This document shows, in pieces, positions 1 to 11,797 of a stretch of 64,000 bases of DNA (positions within the stretch are counted from its first letter, which is position 1; every line of letters begins with the position of its first letter). Made by a program: the position numbers and the translations under genes. The notes under the pieces are model-generated. The model worked only from the letters and a program-made list of their open reading frames with translations. It was not told where the DNA came from and made no database searches. Origin of the DNA: Malacoraja senta (Eukaryota); NCBI GenBank assembly GCA_038087875.1, contig CM075991.1, forward strand, positions 9,984,001 to 10,048,000. The letters are read 5' to 3'.

Positions 1-165
1 CGCAATCTTCGAGAAACATTTAGACAGGTACACGGATAGGACAGGTTTAGAGGGATTATGGGCCAAACGCAGGCAGATGGGACTAGTGTAGATGCGACAT
101 GTTGGCCGGTGTGGGCAAGTTGTGCCAAAGGCCCTGTTTCCATGCAGTAAGACTCTATAACTCTG
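1..165 (+). mobile_element. CR1/HER1-type LINE 3' end fragment
   Basis: ORF end (..KHLDRY..) then a 3' UTR ending in gccaaaggccctgtttccatgc and a gactcta tail. The same tail recurs many times in the window. Confidence 0.7.
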
Positions 166-177
166 ACGGGGAGAATG

Positions 178-372
178 AGCAGCACAATGGCACAGCTGGT
201 AAAGCCACTGCCTCACAGCACCAGAGACACAGGTTCGATCCTGACCACAGGTGCCGTATGTGTGGAGTTTGCACGTTCTCTTGGTGACTGCATGGATTTC
301 CTCCGCATGCTCTAATTTCCTCCTGCGTCCCAAAGACTTGTAGGTTTTTAGGTTAATTGGTCTCTGTACAAT
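178..372 (+). mobile_element. Diverged HE1-like tRNA-derived V-SINE (5' part)
   Basis: A-box-like tggcacagctgg, B-box ggttcgatcc, then the tgtgtggagtttgcacgttctc...ttcctcc body shared with other copies. Confidence 0.7.
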
Positions 373-1636
373 CTTTACACCCTATACATAAAGCCCTCAC
401 CCACTGAGCTAACATGAACCCAGGCTTCAAATGAGTAAAGAGAAATGCGTGGTCCATTTCTGTCTTGTGTTAATGAAGTACAAAGTGAGGGGGGCTTTGG
501 TGGTCCTTCTGATTGTAAAAGGAGTTACTGCGACTATATATATGCACTGTAGTCTTTTCCTCATTAATAAAGTTCAACGGGCAAAATTACACATGCTTTA
601 TTCTGTCTCTGGAGTTCTGTTAAATGAAGTGTGACTGTCTATCAGATTGTTAAAAGGATGTACAAAATCGTGACAGGAATAGATTGGGTGAATGCAGAGT
701 CTCTTGCCCAGTGTCGGGGAATCAAGAACCAGAGGACAAGGGTTTAAGTTGATTTAATAGAAACCTGAGGGGTGATTTTTTTTTAATACAAAGGGTGGAT
801 CAAGACACCAAAGGAGGTAGTTGAGGCAGGTGCTATCGCCAACATTTAGACAAGGATAGTTTTTGAGGGATATGGGCCAAGCACAGGCAGGTGGGACTAT
901 AGATGGGACATGTTGGTCGGAATGGGCAAATTGGGCCTGTTTCCATGCTGTATGACTATGGCTCGAGGACTTTAGCATATTTGACTTGTTTTCTTGGGCC
1001 ATTATTCACTTGCATACATTGGGGATGTGTTTACCAGAGATAAATATGCAGAGTTGAAAAGACCAGAGTATTTCCTTGGCAGAAGATCATTCTTGATTGA
1101 AAGGACAGCAAGGACCTCATTCTACAGATGCTGCCTGTCCCGCTGAGCATTTTGTGTCCATCAATATGTAGAATGACATGGAGAAAAGGGATAGGTGATG
1201 TTTCGGGTCGAGACCCTTCTTCAGGATAGGAGACTTCTCAACCCAAAATGTCACCTATCCTTTTTCTCCAGAGATGCTGCCTGTCCCGTTGAGTTACTCC
1301 AGCATTTTCTGTCTATCTTCGGTGTAAACCAGCATCTGCAGTTCCTTCCTATACTCATTATATTGTTGTATGTGGGTGTTTCAGCGTTAGGCATGATAAT
1401 ATGAGCAAAGGAGTTGCATTCACCTGTAATTTTCACAACCCTCCAAAAGCCAATGAAAAACTTTAATCTTTGGGGTAATGGTGAGTTCTTCAAAAAATCC
1501 TTTACTGCAAATGGGCATTGGTCCAACTACATGATAAGTTGTGAAGAGAACATGAAGAGGCTACAAAGAGATATAGATAGATAGGTTAAGTGAGAGGACT
1601 GAGATCTAGCTGATAGGTGACATATAATGTACAGAA

Positions 1637-2043
1637 CTTCTCCGTGGATTGTCACCTTGTCGTGGTGCTAGGAGCTTGTGTGGTCCTGACAACCTGAGAG
1701 CGATGCCCTCTGGAGCTATGCTCCTGGTAGGACCACCCAAGGTCGAGGGGGAGGTCCCTGACAAAGAGCAATCCAACCAAGACCTCAACGGTGGAACAGG
1801 CGGAGGACGATGGCTGACCTTAGTGGAGCGTCACAACGGCTGGGAAGGCGGATGAAGGCTGCAGCAGAAAAGGGTCTCCGGTCGTCTTGGACTCCATGCC
1901 ACTGGATCCTGACCCAGATCTGTCAAGGACCGTGTGGTGGCTGTCTGTGCACCAGTCTCCCCACGTTAAACAAAGTCACACACAGGCGTTCTCCACATAG
2001 AGAATGAGAGGACTGTCACACTCGTTTTGAGTGACTGCAGATG
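1637..2043 (+). mobile_element. Bipartite RTE-derived non-autonomous retroelement (copy 1), inserted into an old CR1 fragment
   Basis: Closely similar to 28549-28958 in reverse. Flanked by aatgtacagaa (1626-1636) and aatgtacaaaa (2044-2054). 5' end resembles RTE/Expander 5' UTRs (caccttgtcgtggt...gagctatgc...tgacaaagagc). Confidence 0.8.
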
Positions 2044-2289
2044 AATGTACAAAAATGTGAAATTGTTCATTTTGCCTGGTTAAATAAAAATTTAGCTTAT
2101 CATCTAACTGATGGGAGTCTACAGAGCTCTGACATATGGTGGGATTGATGCACAAAGTCTAACAAGTGCAATATTTGTTTATGGGTACAGAAAATTGAAC
2201 ACAAATATAGCAAGTTTCTCCTTCAGTTACAGTACATAGGGCATTGGTGAGAGCAATCTCAGGTACTGCCTCCTTATTTAACGACGTTA

Positions 2290-2810
2290 TTTATGCTCAA
2301 CTCTTGCTATTGAGGGAATGCAGCGTAGGTTCACCAGGTGAATTCCCGGGATTGCGGGACTGACATATGATGAAAGAATGGATCGACTAGACTTATATTC
2401 ACTGGAATTCAGAAGGATGAGAGTGGCTGCTATCGAAACACGTACAATTCTTAACGGATTGGACAGACTAGATGCAGGAAAAATGTTCCCCATGTTGGGG
2501 GAGACCAGAACCAGGGGACACAGTTTAAGAATAAGGGGTAGGCCATTTAGGACTGAGATGAGGAAAAAACATTTTCACCCAGAGAGTTGTGAATCTGTGG
2601 CATTCTCTGCCACAGAAGCCAGTGGAGGCCAATTCACTGGGTGTATTCAAGAGAGAGTTAGATATTGCTCATAGGGCTAATGGAATCAAGGGATATGGGG
2701 AGAAAGCAGGAACGGGGGTTTTGATTTTGGATGATCAGCCATGATCATAGGTGCTGGCTCGGGGGGCCGAATGGCTTACTCCTGCACCAATTTTCCATGT
2801 TTGTATGTTT
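2290..2810 (+). mobile_element. CR1 LINE ORF2 C-terminus plus 3' UTR (5'-truncated)
   Basis: DRLDLYSLEFRRMR...LDAGKMFPMLGETRTRGHSLRIRGRPFRTEMRK, followed by the gatcagccatgatc...ggccgaatggc UTR. Confidence 0.9.
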
Positions 2811-3379
2811 TTTATGACAGTTAATGCGTTGGAATCTGTTCAGAGAAAGTTTACTAGACTTATAAATGGAATAGAGGAAGGTTCGCTGGACATAATTGGT
2901 CTTATGGGGAAAGGTTGTATAAGCTATCAACCGGTGATGAGAAGATTGAGAGGGGACTTGATTAAAACATGCAAGATGCTGAACAGTCTTGACAGCATTG
3001 ATATGATGAAGATGTGGCCAGGATGTTTCCACTTATGAAAGAATCTAAAACTATGGGTCACTGTTTAAAAACAAGAAGTCGTCTACTTATTACTTATGTA
3101 ATAAGTCATTTTATTTTTCTTCTTAGAGGACTTGGAATTCTTTTCCTTTAAGATCAGTAGAAGCAGAATGTTTGAATATTTTCAAGGCAGAGCTAGATTG
3201 ATTCTTGATATGCCATGGAGTGAAAGGTTACCTTGGGTTAATGGAATAGGTTCTGGAGGTTACACTCGGCCATGACCTTATTGAATGATGGAGCAGATTT
3301 GCAGAACCAGGTAGGTTTGTAATTTGTACCTCTGTATGGTTATATTGATGACGAGAGCCAGCCGGAGCTAATATTATCG

Positions 3380-3531
3380 GGGAAGGAAAGAACTGCAGAT
3401 GCTGGTTTAAATCAAAGATAGACACTAAATCCTGGAGTCTGAAGAAGGGTCTCGACCCGAAACGTCACACATTCCTTCTCTCCAGAGATGCTGCCTGTCC
3501 CGCTGAGTTACTCCAGCATTTCGTATCTCTT
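3380..3531. mobile_element. Penelope pseudo-LTR inverted pair with intact hammerhead-like motif (3437-3468 +)
   Basis: gtctgaagaagggtctcgacccgaaacgtcac; direct repeat taatattatcg at 3369-3379 and 3532-3542. Confidence 0.8.
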
Positions 3532-4424
3532 TAATATTATCGATACTCAGACTCAGGTCTGGTTCAGATTTCCTAGGTTGATTCTCTTCAAGTTTTCATT
3601 TCATAGAGTCATGGTCAAAGAGACACAGAAACAGGCCCTTTGGCCCAACTTGCCCATGCTTACCAACATACCCCATCTACACTAGTCCCACTTGCCTGCA
3701 TTTGGCCCGTATCCTTCTAAACCTGTCCTATCCATGTACTTGTCCAAATGTTTTTTTTTACAGTTGTGAAAATTCTGCCTCAACTACCTCTTCTGGCAGC
3801 TCATGTCATGTAACTACCACCCTTTAGAGTCATAGAGTGATACTGTGGGGAAACAGGCCCTTTGGCCCAACTTGTCCACACCGGCCAACATGTCCCAGCT
3901 ATACTGGTCCCACCTGCCTGCAAGGTCCATATCCCTCCAAACCTGTCCTATCCATCCTTTGTGTAAAAAAGTTGCCGCTCAGGTTCCTATCAAGTCTTTC
4001 CCCCCACCTCACCTTAAACCGATGTCCTCTGGTTCTTGGTTCCCCTACTCTGGGTAAGGCTCTGTGCATTTATCCAGGCATTTCTCTGGAAGCTAGCAAG
4101 AGCAGGGTGCTATGTGCTATGCGGGTCGGTTAGGTGATTTGAGGTGGGTAGAGCCCCAGTTACCTGCAAGCCAGCACCTGGTATAGTGTAGGAAGGAACT
4201 GCAGATGCTGGTTTAATCCGAAGGTAGACACAAAAAGCTGGAGTAACTCAGCGGGACAGGCAGCATCTCTGGAGGGAAGGAATGTGTGACGTTTCGGGCT
4301 AAGACCCTTCTTCAGAAGGGTATATTGTGCAGTTATAGTGTAGTTAGTGCGCAGTGCAGGTGAATCACTAGAGAAGCAGTCAGGGACAAAAACCTGAATC
4401 TCATCAGTACAGTTGGGAAAGGGA

Positions 4425-4702
4425 GGCACGGTGGCGCAGCGGTAGAGTTGCTGCCTTACAGTGAAGGCAGCGCTGGAGACCAAGGTTCGATCCCGACTAC
4501 GGGTGCTGTCTGTACGGAGTTTTTACGTTCTCCCCGTGACCTGCATGGGTTTTCTCCGAGATCTTCGGTTTCCTCCCACATTCCAAAGGTGTACAGGTAT
4601 GTAGGTTAATTGGTTGGTAAATGTAAAAATTGTCCCTAATGTGTGTAGGATAGTGTTAATATGCGGGGATCGCTGGTCGGCGCGGACCCGGTGGGCCGAA
4701 GC
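4425..4702 (+). mobile_element. HE1-like tRNA-derived V-SINE
   Basis: ggcacggtggcgcagcggtagag head, B-box ggttcgatccc, central domain, LINE-derived tail gtgggccgaag. Confidence 0.85.
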
Positions 4703-4787
4703 ACCTGATAAATAACTTTATCATTTGAGAGAAAAAGCCAGTTGCTGTCACTTTAACCAGTAAACTACCAGATAGTTTTTTAAACAA

Positions 4788-4980
4788 AGGTAGACAAAAG
4801 TGCTGGAGAAACTCAGCGGGTGCGGCAGCATCTATGGAGCGAAGGTAATAGGCAACGTTTCGGGCCAAAACCCTTCTTCGTTGCCTATTTCCTTCGCTCC
4901 ATAGATGCTGCTGCACCCGCTGAGTTTCTCCAGCACTTTTGTCTACCTTCGATTTTCCAGCATCTGCAGTTCCTTCTTAA
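4788..4980. mobile_element. Penelope pseudo-LTR (family B) inverted pair
   Basis: ggtagacaaaagtgctggagaaactcagcgggtgcggcagcatctatggagcgaagg followed directly by its reverse complement. Confidence 0.8.
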
Positions 4981-5329
4981 ACAGTTATTTAAACAAAATC
5001 CTTTTCACTAATGTCTTTCAGGGGAGGTTATTTCCCGTCCTTATCCGATCTGACCTTTCTGTGACTCCAGACCGTTGGGCCGAAGGGCCTGTTTCCACGC
5101 TGTATCACTCTGTGACACTATGACTCTATGAGATTCACCACCCTGACTACCAGTGATGAGGGGCTGTTTTGATTCCAACTGGGAAAGATCACTGGGTATG
5201 GAAATCAGTCGGGATTTTAAAGGTGGTTTTCCATTATGATGGCCAGTGCCATTTTTGGTCAATGCTGCGCAGTAAAAAACAACACACAGCAACACAAAAG
5301 GTTCGGGACAAGAACACCATGGTGTCGAC

Positions 5330-5524
5330 CAGGGCTTCCCAAACTTTTTTGTCCCGTTTACCCCTGGCAACTTTAATAGCACGTATCAATGTTATTTCAC
5401 TTATTTGTGAACAACTAATGATGAACACCAGAACCAAACACAGTCAGTCAATGAGAAAAAATATGTACAAATCCAGAATCAACAACCTGCGTAGGTGAAA
5501 TTTACCCCAGGTTGGGAACCCTTG
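5330..5524. mobile_element. hAT (Charlie-like) MITE
   Basis: TIRs cagggcttcccaaac / gttgggaacccttg; 8-bp flanks gtgtcgac (5322-5329) and gtgtagaa (5525-5532), 6/8 identical. Confidence 0.65.
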
Positions 5525-8500
5525 GTGTAGAACTCTTCCCCTGAATGGTTTTGGCAGGATGTTAAATCTTCATGCTCCATGCTGCCTGACCGACAGTGTT
5601 CGACTGAGAAGGTTTTGGGTCGTCAGTACTGCAATCTTTTTCTTTGTAACGAGCAAAGCTGTCTTCTTTCAGAACGAGCTGACACCACTCTTGAATCTGA
5701 CTGTGCACACTGCAGCTACCATCGCATTTCTTCTGGCTTCCCACCACACGAGGTTAGGTCTCGGTGGAAGGCATTAGAAGATATTGCAGTTCCCACATTC
5801 CGATTGTAGAGCCTCACAAGCGATCCTCTGGTGGGCAAGAATAATTAGCAGGCCAGCAAAGCCTCTGGTAAGCGTGTAATTACATGTTCAGCACTGTGGC
5901 CCGTGGGCCGAGAGACAGAGACAGAGACAGAGACAGAGACAGAGAGAACTCCGCTCATCTTCATTGTAGAATCTCACATTTAACCAGCAGTGTGAGACTG
6001 CGAGATATGCAGACCCGACTCATCTCATGCAAAACGCCTCTCCACCATAAATTAGCTTGCTTACAACACCTCGCTGCTCTCAAGACTCTGAGACGTCGAA
6101 CTCTAGAGATTGTACGGGACTCATAGTTCATACAGGATAAGTTCATACATTCATGAGTTATAGGAGCAAACGTGAGGCCTTTCGGCCCATCAAGTCTCCT
6201 CCGCTGGTTGCTGGAGCCCAATTCACTGGATGTTTTCAAGAGAGAGTTAGATTTAGCTCATAAGGCTAAGGGAATCAAAGGATATGGGGGGAAAAACGGA
6301 ACGGGGTACTGATTGGGGATGATCAGCCATGATCATATTGAATGGCAGTGCTGGCTCGAAGGGCCGAATGGCCTACTCCTGTACCTGTTTTCTATGTTTC
6401 TATGTTCGATCACGGCTGATATATCAGACAGCTGAATTCTAGTGTGTGTAGGATAGTGTTAAATGTGCAGGGGTCGATGGTCGGGGAAAACTCGGTGGGC
6501 CGAAGGGCCTGTTTCCGCGCTGTATCTCTATACTACACTAAACCGGGCAGCCACAGAGTCAGGCCGAGTTGTGGTTGCGTTCACCGTTGAACAGCATCAT
6601 ATTGAGATCACGGGTGGGGAATACCCACTCCGTGAGAGATGCCTGAAGCTTGCCGAGGTTCGACGGAACAGAATCCCTGCAGGAGCCAGGAGAGGACGGA
6701 GAGCAGAAAGAAAAACAAGAAAGATTCAGAGAAGAATCTTTGAGAAACAGCCAAAGGCAGCCAGCATACAATAAACCCAAAACACAGAGCCTGGCAGTTG
6801 AATCTCTGATCTGTGGGATTAGGAATTTTAATAAGATTTATTGATTTTGCTAAATTCATTGAATTTTCAAGCTCAAAACTGCTTTTCTTTCCCCAGACAA
6901 CATCCTGACCCCCTCAACCTAGCCTCGAACCCCTCGAGTATATTGCAGCTGCAAAATGGAGCTCTGATTTTTAACCTTGCTCCATGCTCACATTCCATTT
7001 GGTTGACAATAATTTTATTCAGGAGGAAGGCCCTGTCGTTTCCAATTAGGCCCCAAACTAGCTGAGCCAGAACTACTAGGCCGAAGGCTTTCGCCGTCCC
7101 CAAACTGTTACACTTTAATTTGTAGTGAAAGCATCGTTTTTTTCCCCCCTCCCCTTGACCAGAATCCTGAAAGGACCTGATCAGAGCAATAGCTTGGTAA
7201 TAAATCACTCGAGTCCAGGTGACAATTTATGGCAAGAATTTACTGTTCAATAAAAGAACAGACGCTACCTTTCAACACTCGACTGACCTGGACTAATTGA
7301 CCTCAGCATGGTCTTGTCATTAATCATCTTGGCACAGGGCAAGTTTCAGGCTTACATCATCAACTTACAAAGTAAATAAAATACCGGACAAACCATTCCT
7401 ATGTGTTTTGCAGATATTGCGGCTCTTTTAGTGTGCATTATTGAAATAATAATTCAATGCAGTTTTTAGGGGAAGAAAGACACAGCAATAGAGTTTTTAG
7501 CTCTTGGCTTGGGATACTAAAGTATAAACTCATAAGACATTTGTTTGAGTAGTAGTCATTCTAATGGTCATTTACTGGGACGTTTGTTCAGAAGGGCCAA
7601 AGTCGCTGATAAAATTGCTGATTTTCGGACTTCAATTCCAAGAATTCTCTGTTGGGCGCCCAAGGTTACTGGAAATAAGAACCTTTTTTTATTGTTTTGA
7701 AACTTGCTTCTGCAAAGCACGGATGACTGACTGTATGGCTTCCGACGTCCTACCATTAGACGATAAGATCATGAGAAATCGGAGCTGGAATAGGCCATTC
7801 AGCCCCTCGAGCCTGTTCCACCACTCGTGAGGATCATGGGTGATTTTGTACCATTTTCAGTGCCACTTTCCTGCACTATAAAGTATTAGGTTTCCTTTAT
7901 TGTCATTCAAACTTTTAGTTTGAACGAAACTGCGTACCTTGCAGCCATGACAGAAAATAAAATAATGCACCACACACTTAACACAGTTTAATATCCACCA
8001 CAGTGAGTCTACCAGGCACCTCCTCACTGTGATGGAAGGCAAACGTCTTAAAGTCCTTGTACCCCCTCACATTTAGAGAACTGTTGATCACTGTTTTTGA
8101 ATTAGCCTCTGGGGAATGGAATGCATTCCGATTCAGGTGGTGGCATTCGGAGATGATTCAGGAGATACCATTCGGGATGGAGCGCAAATTAAATCTCTCT
8201 CTACATTGATCCACCAAGCTCCTTCCCTGCACCCAGTCCCCTCTCAACAATACGGGAGTTGGGGGAGTGACAGAGGAGGAACACTGAGCTCCTTAATTAG
8301 ATAGAACACAGAACAGTACAGCACAGGCAGCACCCAGAGCCAGGATCTAACCTGGGTCTAAGGCAACAAAGAGAGACACATTTGCTGGTGTAACTCAGCG
8401 GGACAGGTAGCATCTCTGGATAGAAGGCATGGTTGACGTTTCGGTCGAGACACTTCTTGAAGGAGGGTCACCCATTCCTTATCTCCAGAGATGCTGCCTG

Positions 8501-9509
8501 TCCTGCTGAGTTACACCAGCATTTTGTGTCTATCTTCGGTGTAACCAGCATCTGCAGTTTCTGCCTACACTATAAGGCAGCCGCTCTACTGCAACGCCTC
8601 AGTGCCGCACGATTGCACTATGCAACTACACAAAAATAAAGGAAGTTGTCTCTATGCCCAGACTAATATTGTTCCCACTTTCAACACTCCTAAAGCAGAT
8701 TATCCAGTCATTATCCCAATGCTATCCTGCTGTGTTGATTGATTGAAAGATATAGCATGTAAACAGGCCCTTCGGCCCACCCAGTCCGCACCAACTAGCG
8801 ATCCCCGCACATTAACACAAGCCTACACAAACTAGGGACAATTTACAATTACACCAAGTATACAAACCCAAGCCAATTAACCTACAAATTAACCGTCTTT
8901 AGAGTGTGGGAGGAAACCAAAGATCTCGTAGTTTCGAGACACAGCGTGGAAACAGGCCCTCCCTCCCACTAAGTCCGCGCCGACCAGCCATCACCCCGTA
9001 CACACGAGGAACAATTTACAGAAGCCAATTATCATACAAACCAGTACGTCTTTGGAATGTGGGGGGGAACTGGAGCCCCGGAGAAAACCCAGGTGGTCAC
9101 GGGGAGAACATACAAACTCCGTACAGACAGCAGCCGTAGTAGGGATCCAACTCGGGTCTCCAGCGCTGCAAGGCAGCAACTCTACCGCTGCGCCACCGTG
9201 CTGCCCTATGTATTTAGGCAATTAATAGATGCCAATTAATGTACAAACCCGTACGTTTTTGTGATGTGGAAAGGAACTGGAACACCCGGAGGAAACTCAG
9301 GAGGCCACAGGAAGAAGGTGCAAACTCCACAAAGACAGCACCCGAGGTCAGCTGTACCTGCTGCGCGAATGTGCCGCCCAAATATTTGGCATAAATACGT
9401 CAATTTATATTTTCAATCGGCCTCAACCAGTTCAAACATGGTAAGAGAGAGAATATTTAGAATTATGCAGAAAATGGGCAGACAAATCATTTTGATAATG
9501 TGTTTGGAA

Positions 9510-10005
9510 TTTGAGTTTGAGTTTGGTTTATTGTCACATGTACCGAGGTACAGTGAAAAGCTATGATGCATGCTAACCAGTCAGAGGAAAGAGGGTACAT
9601 GATAAAGGGAATAACATTTAGTGCAAGATAAAGTCAGCAAAGTCCGATCAAAGAAAACTGTCTAAGGGTCTCCAATGAGGTAGATAGTCATTCAGGACCG
9701 CTCTCTGGTTGTGGTAGGATGGTTCAGTTGATAACAGCTGGGAAGAAGCTGTCCCTGAATCTGGAGATGTGCATTTCCACACTTCTGTACCGTTTGCCCG
9801 ATGGGAAGAGGGAGTGGCCGGGGTGCGACTCATCCTTGCTGGTACTGCTGGCCTTGCCGAGGCAGCGTGAGGTGTAGATGGAATGGTTCGTATGATGGGC
9901 TGGGCTGGGAGGGGCTGCGTCCATAATTCTCCACAATTTCTTGCGGTCTTGGATGGAGCTGTTCCCAAACCATGCTGTGATGCATCCCGATAAGATGCCT
10001 TCTAT
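9510..10005 (-). mobile_element. Rex1/Babar-type LINE 3' fragment
   Basis: IEGILSGCITAWFGNSSIQDRKKLWRIMDAA...SRCLGKASS..KDESHPGHSLFPSGKRYRS..RFRDSFFPAVI; tail gtgacaataaaccaaactcaaactc. Confidence 0.85.
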
Positions 10006-10148
10006 GTTTAAGCCCTTTCCTAGTTGAGATCTCACCCAGGCATCTGCGTACCATTTCCCTGGCATCACCTCATGATGACGCTATGATCAAACATTTCCCA
10101 TATTGCAAATTGAGTCACACTTTAAAAATGAATCATTGGCTGTAAAAT

Positions 10149-10202
10149 GGGGTGGAAGATGGCAACCTTCACGTGGTCCACCCTGTTTCGCCGAATGCAA
10201 TC
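10149..10202 (+). ncRNA. Minimal HDV/CPEB3-like self-cleaving ribozyme (predicted)
   Basis: P1 GGGGUGG/CCACCCU with G1-U wobble; P2 GAUGGCA/UGCAAUC (one mismatch); P3 ACC/GGU; L3 UUCACGU; GU after P1; UUCG in place of P4; J4/2 CGAA with putative catalytic C at 10192. Confidence 0.8.
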
Positions 10203-10263
10203 AACCCGATGTGCACAAACAAGATCAAATAGAACAAGTTTACCGACAACTTTAGAAGAAGGA
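10149..10263 (+). mobile_element. Short (115 bp) ribozyme-headed SINE-like element, probably Ingi/Vingi-derived (copy A)
   Basis: TSD ggctgtaaaat(g) at 10138-10148 and 10264-10274; agaagaagga tail; homologous to 43336-43476. Confidence 0.8.
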
Positions 10264-10364
10264 GGCTGTAAAATGTGTTGTCACATTTGGTAAGGAATGT
10301 TGGAATGTTAAATCAATTCAAGACGCTGCTTCACGTCATGTCCTTAAAGTAGCAGGTCCCTGCC

Positions 10365-10840
10365 TCACCCCCAGCAGGACCAAAAACAAGACCTGTCAAA
10401 GGGCGGATGAGCTTCTAGCGAGCCAACAGCCATCCACTCTAAATCATCATCATCGTTGAAAACATCATCGACGCAGTGGTGCTGGTTTCCGACGGGAACG
10501 GTGACGGACGCACCACACATCTCTGTCCTCCATTCCCTGCGGACGTCCGCCACTGGATGTACAGGATTTTGGTGTGAGTGTGTGCTTTATCATCATTCCT
10601 TACAATGCCGTGTACGACAGTGATCACAACTTCTACTGAAGTGTGGATGGTCGTTGGCTCGCTAGGAGCTCATCCGCCCTTTGACAGGTCTTGTTTTTGG
10701 TCCTGCTGGGGGTCCACAGCCCCCTCCTCACCTGGCAAACCAGGTGGGAGAAACGGTTTAGTCGCCGACTATCCGACCATGAGGCAGGTAGCACGGGATT
10801 ACATGGTACCCGTGGCGGGGGGAACTCCCCCCCCGACCTG
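10365..10840 (-). mobile_element. Non-autonomous retroelement (RTE/RTE-X-like) with (GAT)n tail plus an inverted partial copy
   Basis: On the minus strand it ends ttttcaacgatgatgatgat at ~10442. 10368-10437 is a ~70 bp inverted copy of 10643-10712. Family assignment is from memory. Confidence 0.55.
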
Positions 10841-11154
10841 ACCTTTAAGCCAAAGGGATTTATTAAGGGAAAGGGATAAAAGGTTTGCAGGGATAGACAC
10901 AAAATGCTGGAGCAACTCAGCGGGACAGGCAGCATCTCAGGAGAGAAGGAATGGGTGACGTTTCGGGTCAGGACCCTTCTTCAGACCGGATCGGGTTTAC
11001 AGGGGATGCAACGCCAAATTTTTAACTGGAACACACCGCCTGAGGGGGTGATGGAGGCAGAAACAGTCACAACATTTAACAAGTAATTAGACAAGCACTT
11101 GAATTGCCAAGGCATGGAAGGATTTGGTTAATAGAATTAGTATGGATGGGTACG

Positions 11155-11465
11155 GGCGCACGGTGGTGCAGCGGTAGAGTTGTAGCCTTACAGCGCCAGA
11201 GACCTGGGTTCGATCGTGACTATGGATGCTGTCAGTACGGAGTTTGCACGTTCTCCCCGTGACTGCCTAGGTTTTCTCCGAGTGCTTCGGTTTCCTCCCA
11301 CACACCAAAGACGAACAGGCTTGTAGGTTAATTGGCTCCGGTAAAGATTGTGGATTGCCCCTAATGTGTAGGATAGTGCTAGTGTACGGGGATCGCTGGT
11401 CGGCGTTGAATCGGTGGACCGAAGAACCTGTTTCCACGCTGCATCTCTAAACTAAACTCAACTAA
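11155..11465 (+). mobile_element. HE1-like V-SINE, full length
   Basis: tRNA-like head, B-box gggttcgatc, tail ending gcatctctaaactaaac. Confidence 0.85.
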
Positions 11466-11483
11466 AAGGAACTTGAACATCTC

Positions 11484-11797
11484 GCGGTCTAGGGGTAAGC
11501 TCAGGGGCGACCGTGCCTTTGTGGTTGCAGCTCCTAGACTGTGGAACAGCGTCCCTCTTCCCATCAGAACTGCCCCCTCCATCGACTCCTTTAAGTCAAG
11601 ACTTAAAACTCATCTTTACTCTCAAGCCTTTCTTGACGTCCTCTGAGGGAGGGCTATATGTATGTATTTATGTATGTGCTTAATCTATGAACCACTGTTG
11701 TATAACGTTAGTACCTCCACCAATGTAAAGCACTTTGGCCAACGAGAGTTGTTTTTTAAATGTGCTATAGAAATAAAAGTGACTTGACTTGACTTGA
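11484..11797 (+). mobile_element. L2 LINE 3' end
   Basis: SRGKLRGDRAFVVAAPRLWNSVPLPIRTAPSIDSFKSRLKTHLYSQAF; tail tgtaaagcactttg...tgtgctatagaaataaaa(gactt)n. Confidence 0.85.

Noticed and set aside
4425..4500. tRNA-like sequences with A and B boxes
   Set aside because: These are SINE heads continuous with the SINE body, not tRNA genes.
5558..5752. Possible 195-nt in-frame exon (DVKSSCSMLPDRQC...GFPPHE)
   Set aside because: Weak acceptor, peptide not recognised, no partner exons.
6559..6720. Strong minus-strand polypyrimidine tract plus CAG acceptor near 6678
   Set aside because: No recognisable peptide in any frame. It could be a non-coding exon but cannot be supported without RNA-seq.
10740..10835. 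HDV-like ribozyme at the 5' end of the RTE-X-like element
   Set aside because: A P3/L3-like stem-loop is present but I found no convincing P1 or P2 partners.
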